IMG/VR virus record: IMGVR_UViG_3300044723_011169
Coordinates: 1 to 30,816 of that record
Reading direction: 5' to 3' (one strand)
DNA length: 30,816 bases
From: a virus
Taxonomy: Duplodnaviria; Caudoviricetes
Made by a program: the position numbers and the translations under genes. The notes beneath the pieces were generated by a model. That model was not told where the DNA came from. It saw only the letters and a list, made by a program, of their open reading frames with translations, and made no database searches. Of the stretch, positions 25,329-30,816 are shown in pieces (the first letter of the stretch is position 1; the number at the start of each line of letters is the position of its first letter).

Positions 25329-25357
25329 AATATACTAAAAAATTAATAAAAAAGCAA
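25329..25357 (-). promoter_or_regulatory. Phage early promoter
   Basis: TTGCTT-17-TATATT. Confidence 0.7.
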
Positions 25358-25366
25358 GAAGATTTT

Positions 25367-25612
25367 TTATTCTACGACAGTAACTGTGTAATCTTCCATT
25401 GTGGTATTTGCGAGTAAAGACTGACACATCTTATGACCTAGGTGAATTGCTTTACTTTCATCATCAGTGTCTATATCTAGGATAAATGTTTTACCCATCT
25501 CTATATGAGACACTTGATTATAGCCCATAGAATTTAAAGTGCCGGTGATAGCTTTAGCTTGAGGATCAAGAACTCCTGCTTTGAGCGTTGTATAGATGGA
25601 CAATTTTATCAT
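25367..25612 (-). CDS. purS: Phosphoribosylformylglycinamidine synthase subunit PurS
   Basis: LKAGVLDPQAKAI, GKTF, MCQSLLANTTMEDY; start likely MIKLS at 25612. Confidence 0.88.
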   Translation of the reverse strand: MIKLSIYTTLKAGVLDPQAKAITGTLNSMGYNQVSHIEMGKTFILDIDTDDESKAIHLGHKMCQSLLANTTMEDYTVTVVE

Positions 25613-25616
25613 TTTA

Positions 25617-26132
25617 TTAATTCCATACATAAAATAAGTGGTTACCTATAACAGTAACTAATGTTTTTGTATTAGCCCATCGTGGGCGAACATAATCAGC
25701 ATGATAGTGAGTAGCATTTTGACTAAAATCTGAAAGCATCCCATAATATACTTTAAAAGCAACAGCATGAGCTACTTCATAAATAAATTTATCGCCTGTA
25801 GGTATCTCATCATCTTTTCCATCACAAAACCAAGAGAACTGGCAACGATTACGTATTGGGTACATTAGATCAGGGTTTTTCCAAGAAGCACGTATTGGTC
25901 CTTCCTTAATTACATCGCAGTAATTATCAGGAAAACGATCATCAAAAACACGATTACGCACAACCCAAGCAACTGCAATCATGCCTTTTACAGGTTGATT
26001 ACGTGCTTCCCAATAAATATTATCAGCTGCACATTTAATCTGTGCTGGGTCTGCTTCCGCGTAAGATATCGGACTCAACACAATTAGTGCCATACTGAAT
26101 TTCAATAATTGATAAAAGTTCTTTAGTTTCAT
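25617..26132 (-). CDS. SleB-like cell wall hydrolase (Hydrolase_2)
   Basis: NIYWEARNQ, AVAWVVRNRV, CQFSWFCDG, ATHYHADYVRPRWA, IGNHLFY; start may be 26093. Confidence 0.9.
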   Translation of the reverse strand: MKLKNFYQLLKFSMALIVLSPISYAEADPAQIKCAADNIYWEARNQPVKGMIAVAWVVRNRVFDDRFPDNYCDVIKEGPIRASWKNPDLMYPIRNRCQFSWFCDGKDDEIPTGDKFIYEVAHAVAFKVYYGMLSDFSQNATHYHADYVRPRWANTKTLVTVIGNHLFYVWN

Positions 26133-26823
26133 TCACTAACTGGTGCCACCTTCCTACTGGTATTTCAAAATAGTTGTTTTTGTACAGAGTCTTTTTTTCT
26201 ACTTGCTTGCCATGTGTATCAGTAGAATAATAAATAGTACCTTTACCTTCTCGCACAAACCAGATCTCACTCCGCTCTTCGTGAACTTGCCAAGAGAGTT
26301 GAGATTGTGGATTTACAACAAGTTCTTTTACTTTTGCAGTTTTATAGTCAGAAAGAGTTTCATAAATTCCCCAATCACGTTTTGTAGGTTTATATCGCCA
26401 ATTTGCTAAAAAGTTTGATGATGAGTTAACTTTATCAGATCCTCCAATATCATCGTCAATAAGAATATTCATATCTCTACAAAAATGTAGTTCTGGATAA
26501 TTCCCGTCTTTTCTGTCACCACCATTGCCAAAGGTAATTGTAGACGCTACATCTCCCCAGGCATGATTCATATCATTTATTAAATCAATAGCTGTGTCAT
26601 CTGAATCATCAAATGGGTATACAAAATCTATGTACTTTATGGACTCTAAAATGTTTTTTCTTACACTGAAAGGCATGAACGAAGCACCTTTTTTTCGAGT
26701 TAACCAGTCGTCAGAATTAAGCCCTACAAGAACCTTATCATACTTTAATGCTGCATCTTTAAACATACGAATATGTCCATCATGTACAGGATCAAACCCA
26801 CCAGATAATATTACCACTTCCAT
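26035..26823 (-). CDS. Cytidylyltransferase-like domain fused to a cupin (mannose-6-phosphate isomerase C-terminal-like) domain
   Basis: SGGFDPVHDGH (HxGH), NSDDWL, NGGDR, NSSS; RDWG, LSWQVHEERSEIW, WHQL, IEIQYG. Confidence 0.85.
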   Translation of the reverse strand: MEVVILSGGFDPVHDGHIRMFKDAALKYDKVLVGLNSDDWLTRKKGASFMPFSVRKNILESIKYIDFVYPFDDSDDTAIDLINDMNHAWGDVASTITFGNGGDRKDGNYPELHFCRDMNILIDDDIGGSDKVNSSSNFLANWRYKPTKRDWGIYETLSDYKTAKVKELVVNPQSQLSWQVHEERSEIWFVREGKGTIYYSTDTHGKQVEKKTLYKNNYFEIPVGRWHQLVNETKELLSIIEIQYGTNCVESDILRGSRPSTD

Positions 26824-27050
26824 TAGAATAGTTCTCCTACTTTTTTTGCTTGATCATTATATACTGAACCAATCGAATAGTTGTCAGATTCCCAAGATTT
26901 AAAAATCTTTAAATGCTTGCAAGTGCTATAACGAGAAGGACAATAGCATTTTCGATCAGAGATGCGATATATATCAGCTGGATAGCTTGATTCTTCAAAT
27001 TTTGCAATTTCATAACTGAACTTACCTTTTCTTAATACATAATTTGCCAT
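26823..27050 (-). CDS. Small SWIM-like zinc-finger protein
   Basis: CYC....TCKH. Confidence 0.65.
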   Translation of the reverse strand: MANYVLRKGKFSYEIAKFEESSYPADIYRISDRKCYCPSRYSTCKHLKIFKSWESDNYSIGSVYNDQAKKVGELF

Positions 27051-27271
27051 TAGTATAGTGTCTCCGTGTCTTCGCTTATATAAACAGGTTTACAATATGC
27101 TGTTGATCTATGCTCTTTTGGTAGATAATCTTCATACCGATAATTGCCATATTTTTTTACTACTCTTGAAGCATAATAATTACAATCATTAATAGATCTA
27201 AAATACATTGGTGCTCCTATATTTAAAGGAGCATCGCCTAAAAGAACTACTAACATAAAAGCATGAATCAT
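27050..27271 (-). CDS. Hypothetical protein
   Basis: ORF 27050-27331; start likely MIHAFMLVV; two Cys. Confidence 0.65.
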   Translation of the reverse strand: MIHAFMLVVLLGDAPLNIGAPMYFRSINDCNYYASRVVKKYGNYRYEDYLPKEHRSTAYCKPVYISEDTETLY

Positions 27272-27314
27272 TGTATATATTATCTGATTTTTAATTATTC
27301 TGCAAACAAAAAAC

Positions 27315-27860
27315 TTATCTACTTGCTGCACGTCTTGACAGAGGATCAGATTTGATACCTACAACTTCATCAATCATATCTTGATATTCAACTTGCGCAT
27401 CGTGTTGTGGTTCGAGATAAGGGTTAAGAAACATATTACGAAGACGACGATAAAAGTTTTTCCAAGTTGGTCCGTGCGGTTTACACCTAAAGTTGTTTAG
27501 CTTATATGAATAGTGTTGAAGAGCATGAGCAATTTCGTGTAAAAGCACCATCTCAAGTCTATGCCATTTGTTACGAGTATAAAAGCCGCCTATCTCTGGA
27601 TCTGAGTCAAAAGATGCGTACTCGTATACTCTATGTAGTTCATTGATTGGGTTGTATAAGTGCCACATAGCTATGTTGATGCCAGGACCATCTGCGTACA
27701 TACCTCCACGAGACGATCTACGTTTCTTATCCCAATCAAGTTTAATAGATGCAAGTTCAAAATTTACATATATCTCTTCCTGACAATGCTTTTCAATGCG
27801 CCTAATAAACTCATTTGCATATTTTGTTACTTCAGTTCTTGTTTCAAAAAAATGACTCAT
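27315..27860 (-). CDS. SprT-like zinc metalloprotease domain protein
   Basis: LLHEIAHA and KPHGPTWK. Confidence 0.75.
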   Translation of the reverse strand: MSHFFETRTEVTKYANEFIRRIEKHCQEEIYVNFELASIKLDWDKKRRSSRGGMYADGPGINIAMWHLYNPINELHRVYEYASFDSDPEIGGFYTRNKWHRLEMVLLHEIAHALQHYSYKLNNFRCKPHGPTWKNFYRRLRNMFLNPYLEPQHDAQVEYQDMIDEVVGIKSDPLSRRAASR

Positions 27861-28156
27861 GTTCTACGTTTTCCTGTTGCTGAATCTGATGCTTCTTTTT
27901 GTGAGAGCACTACTAAATTACCTTTGTTGTACGCCTGACCTATATGTACACCTGCTCCAGAGTATCTTTTCTTAGACGCAACAAAACCATTACCAACTAC
28001 ATCAGAAGTTTGAGCTACACGTTCACAAGTATAATCTGGAAAGTTTGGAGAAACTTTAAGTTTCTTAGCAAGTTGAGTAGGATGAACTCCACGTTTCATT
28101 AACCAGCGGTCATGATCTTCTTGCATTGTAATCTTAGATGGTCTGTACTGTTTCAT
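27857..28156 (-). CDS. Basic hypothetical phage protein
   Basis: 99 aa, AAGGAG RBS, IGQAYNKGN. Confidence 0.75.
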   Translation of the reverse strand: MKQYRPSKITMQEDHDRWLMKRGVHPTQLAKKLKVSPNFPDYTCERVAQTSDVVGNGFVASKKRYSGAGVHIGQAYNKGNLVVLSQKEASDSATGKRRT

Positions 28157-28176
28157 GATATCTCCTTATTTTTAAT

Positions 28177-28205
28177 AATATAACAAAAATAAGGCTAATA
28201 TGCAA
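28177..28205 (-). promoter_or_regulatory. Phage early promoter
   Basis: TTGCAT-17-TATATT. Confidence 0.65.
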
Positions 28206-29168
28206 CTAAAGACTTAACTCTTGATAGTCCTTTAGTGGAGATAAGTATTTTCCATCAATATCTGGTTTGAACATAGCTGCCGCAATGTTTCTTGCCCATG
28301 CTACGCTATCCCAATCATCTCCACAAAACAATGCAACCCTCTTCCCATGAGAGGGATTAGTGTGCCATAGACTAGGATCATCTATTTGATAATAAGTAAC
28401 ATAGTCACCAATAATATAGTCAAGTGCGTCAAAATTTAAAGTAAAGTTATCTGCGTGCTGAGCAAATAGTGCTGCTAAGTAAAAACTTCCTGTATATCCC
28501 CAACTATCTTTATACATATAACTTACATCGTTCTCATTATATAGATCATATACAGTTTGCATGATATTAACATCACCAAATCTATCAATATCTCCCATTC
28601 TAAGCTGTACTTCTATAATTTGAGTGCCTATTATTTCAATATTGACAACACCTGAGTACCCAAAAAAGTTTTGGTCTACAAAACGGTGAAGTATAGTTTT
28701 TGCTTCAAGATCAATAATATCTTTTAATTCACCGATGTACTCCCAGTAATCAAAAGCTCCATGTTGAAGTTTTTCTCCTCTAAAAACAAACTGTCTTGCA
28801 CTATGACCTTGATCAAGTAAAAAATCAATAGAATAGTGCTCACCCATAGCATAGCGTGACCAAAAACAACCAGGATTAGAAATTTTGCTATAGTCTTCTT
28901 CGTTATGACAAACTTCGGACTGAATCGACCCGCCCATCAAATTCATAATAGGTTTTACACAGACAGGGTACTCAGTAGGAAGTGTTCCGACAGGCCCACA
29001 AGGGATATTTTGCATTAGAGCAATAGTAAGTTTATTATATGCCCACCTAAAATCCCTATTCATAGTATACGCAATATCATCTGTAGTAGGAATTAGTAAA
29101 CCGTCAGTGGGTAAATTGCCATACCAATGAGGCATTTGAAGAATAGGATCATAGTTTTTCCACGGCAT
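28206..29168 (-). CDS. ATP-grasp-like protein
   Basis: YPVCVKP, GEHYSIDF, YSGVVNIE, IIEVQLR. Confidence 0.65.
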   Translation of the reverse strand: MPWKNYDPILQMPHWYGNLPTDGLLIPTTDDIAYTMNRDFRWAYNKLTIALMQNIPCGPVGTLPTEYPVCVKPIMNLMGGSIQSEVCHNEEDYSKISNPGCFWSRYAMGEHYSIDFLLDQGHSARQFVFRGEKLQHGAFDYWEYIGELKDIIDLEAKTILHRFVDQNFFGYSGVVNIEIIGTQIIEVQLRMGDIDRFGDVNIMQTVYDLYNENDVSYMYKDSWGYTGSFYLAALFAQHADNFTLNFDALDYIIGDYVTYYQIDDPSLWHTNPSHGKRVALFCGDDWDSVAWARNIAAAMFKPDIDGKYLSPLKDYQELSL

Positions 29169-29179
29169 TTACATCTCCA

Positions 29180-29557
29180 TTAAAATTCGACAGGTACAAC
29201 TGCTATATAATTAAAAGGGTCATTTAAATTAATTAACCCATTCTTTCCCCAGAGTCTGTGGAAAGATTTTTTACTAAATGTTGAAAGTTTTATCATTTTA
29301 CTAAAATCTTTACTAAAAACGCAACCAATATTAATATCAATGTAGTATGAAGAAGGTAAATAAACCACAGTGTGAACAGATGATATTTGAGCAGCGAAAC
29401 ACTTTAAATCAAGAGGTAAAAGATACCAACACAACGTTAAAGACTGAGACTCGCAGTCTCCTTTAAAATCATTTTTTTCAGTTGCATAATAATTTAGCCA
29501 AGAGATTAAACCTTCATCTTTATATAGTTGGAAAGCAAAAGTGGGCTTTACAGTCAT
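29180..29557 (-). CDS. Hypothetical protein
   Basis: 125 aa; TAATG overlap with fpg. Confidence 0.55.
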   Translation of the reverse strand: MTVKPTFAFQLYKDEGLISWLNYYATEKNDFKGDCESQSLTLCWYLLPLDLKCFAAQISSVHTVVYLPSSYYIDINIGCVFSKDFSKMIKLSTFSKKSFHRLWGKNGLINLNDPFNYIAVVPVEF

Positions 29558-30423
29558 TAGTGTTGCACCTTAGGTGACCAAAATGTTGTTCGTCCATCAT
29601 TAAGTTTTACTCGTTGAACAGGATTACCATAGATATCTACAGTTTGATTATATACCATTACGTGACCTCCTCTAGCATCAACTATTTCATTTGGTGAAGA
29701 AGCAAAACGAGTGTACTGACCATGATTATTGTAAAGATCTGAATAGTTTCTAATAGTTGCTCCGCCAGTTTCATAAGAAGCAGTTAAAATCTGACACACA
29801 GCTAAATAAAGTTTTTGAAGTTCTTCATCAGTAAAAGACTCCATTAATCGATGAGGGGCTAATCCTGCTAAAAATAAAGATTCTGATTTATAAATATTAC
29901 CAACACCAGAGATCTGACTTTGATCCATTAACCACTTTACTGCTGTCCACTTTGGTTTTTTACGCGCTAAACGAATAAACTCTTCTAAAGTACAAGGATT
30001 ATTAAGCATATCAGGACCAATAGACGCCAACTTTTTAGAATGATCTTTATCACTAAATACAAACTTAACAGTACCAAAATTACGCATATCATTGTAATAA
30101 ACAGCTGAGTCATCGTCAAAATAAAAAGCAATTCTTGTATGTTTTGAAGGCTGAAGTTTAAAGTTGCCACTCATGCCAAGCGTGGTATACATATAACAAA
30201 TGGGTAATAAGTCTCCAAACTCCCACCAGATAAACTTACCTTTATTATATACCCCCCTTACAGGTAGTCGCTGTTCCTCAAGTGCTATATAAAAATCAGC
30301 AAAGCCTGTAGGCAAGTTTTTAACATACCTACCAGATATAAAGTTTAAATTAACAAGTTTCTTATTGCGTACAGCCCGATCAACTTGACGAGCTGTACGA
30401 GTGCATTCGGGACCTTCAGGCAT
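29557..30423 (-). CDS. mutM: Fpg/Nei DNA glycosylase/AP lyase with a zincless finger
   Basis: N-terminal PEGPE, KGKF, LGMSG, DMRNFG, H2TH LMDQSQISGVGNIYKSESLF, GRTTFWSP. Confidence 0.9.
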   Translation of the reverse strand: MPEGPECTRTARQVDRAVRNKKLVNLNFISGRYVKNLPTGFADFYIALEEQRLPVRGVYNKGKFIWWEFGDLLPICYMYTTLGMSGNFKLQPSKHTRIAFYFDDDSAVYYNDMRNFGTVKFVFSDKDHSKKLASIGPDMLNNPCTLEEFIRLARKKPKWTAVKWLMDQSQISGVGNIYKSESLFLAGLAPHRLMESFTDEELQKLYLAVCQILTASYETGGATIRNYSDLYNNHGQYTRFASSPNEIVDARGGHVMVYNQTVDIYGNPVQRVKLNDGRTTFWSPKVQH

Positions 30424-30815
30424 TAACTTTCCTTTGTTCTAATACTTAATGTTGCTCTATATTCCTCAGAATCGTAACTTACTCCGTGTAAAGTATTTCC
30501 GCTAAAAATAGAAGCACGATTCAACCCCCAGGTAGGAGTGGGGTATTCTTTAAATAGTGTAGCTACTGATTTTTCAGGGTAAAGATAAACACAACAAACC
30601 TCATCATCTTTACTATGCTTATGATAATATATACCTTGTTGCGGAGAATATATAAATAAACTTATTCTCAAAACTGTAGGGCGTAAGTAATTTTGATAAT
30701 ACTCGTCTATTAAAGAGAAAGCTTCATTATCTAAATCATCATTAATTAAAGTATTTTTATTAATTTTTACTCTCTTGTAATAATTAGATTTATTACTACC
30801 ATTATGATTAGTTAC
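30423..30815 (-). CDS. 2OG-Fe(II) oxygenase-like protein (partial, start beyond the window)
   Basis: Frame stays open from TTG 30671 to the window end; HKH...VYLYPE...NRA..F...H...R resembles the two other small oxygenases. Confidence 0.55.
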   Translation of the reverse strand, partial: VTNHNGSNKSNYYKRVKINKNTLINDDLDNEAFSLIDEYYQNYLRPTVLRISLFIYSPQQGIYYHKHSKDDEVCCVYLYPEKSVATLFKEYPTPTWGLNRASIFSGNTLHGVSYDSEEYRATLSIRTKES

Positions 30816-30816
30816 T

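Noticed and set aside
2732-30170. Short + strand ORFs and nested - strand ORFs inside larger genes
   Set aside because: Shadow frames of well-supported genes, with no motifs or RBS

Overview
This window looks like part of a large lytic dsDNA phage genome with a T5-like layout, probably infecting a marine alphaproteobacterium. Both points are inferred from gene content and organisation, not from a database search. The left ~1.2 kb has + strand genes, including a T5 A2/D3-like DNA-binding protein. A ~1 kb non-coding convergence zone follows, full of short repeats and GNA-triloop mini-hairpins. The remaining ~28.6 kb is a tightly packed - strand early region with about ten sigma70-type promoters (mostly TTGCNN-N17-TAWWWT). 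It carries auxiliary genes: BMP nucleoside-binding protein, 2OG-Fe(II) oxygenases, three tandem GNGPS-motif transferases, MTA/SAH nucleosidase-like protein, protein kinase, TctA/TctC-like transporter, PiT-like permease, Z1-type helicase-like protein, peroxiredoxin, Hsp20, PurS, SleB hydrolase, SprT-like protein and Fpg. It also has a tRNA-Trp and a degenerate tRNA-like gene. The most striking unexplained structure is an RNA-rich locus at 11.0-12.5 kb. It consists of a candidate ~650-nt structured ncRNA with its own promoter and 3' end, a second A2/D3-like gene, a hairpin exposing an anti-Shine-Dalgarno loop complementary to phage leaders, and a ~270-nt repeated-hairpin RNA. Also notable are a duplicated promoter-plus-hairpin element (1.7-1.95 kb and 17.3-17.5 kb) and a ROSE-like RNA thermometer on hsp20. 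All structures were paired by eye; nothing was computed.
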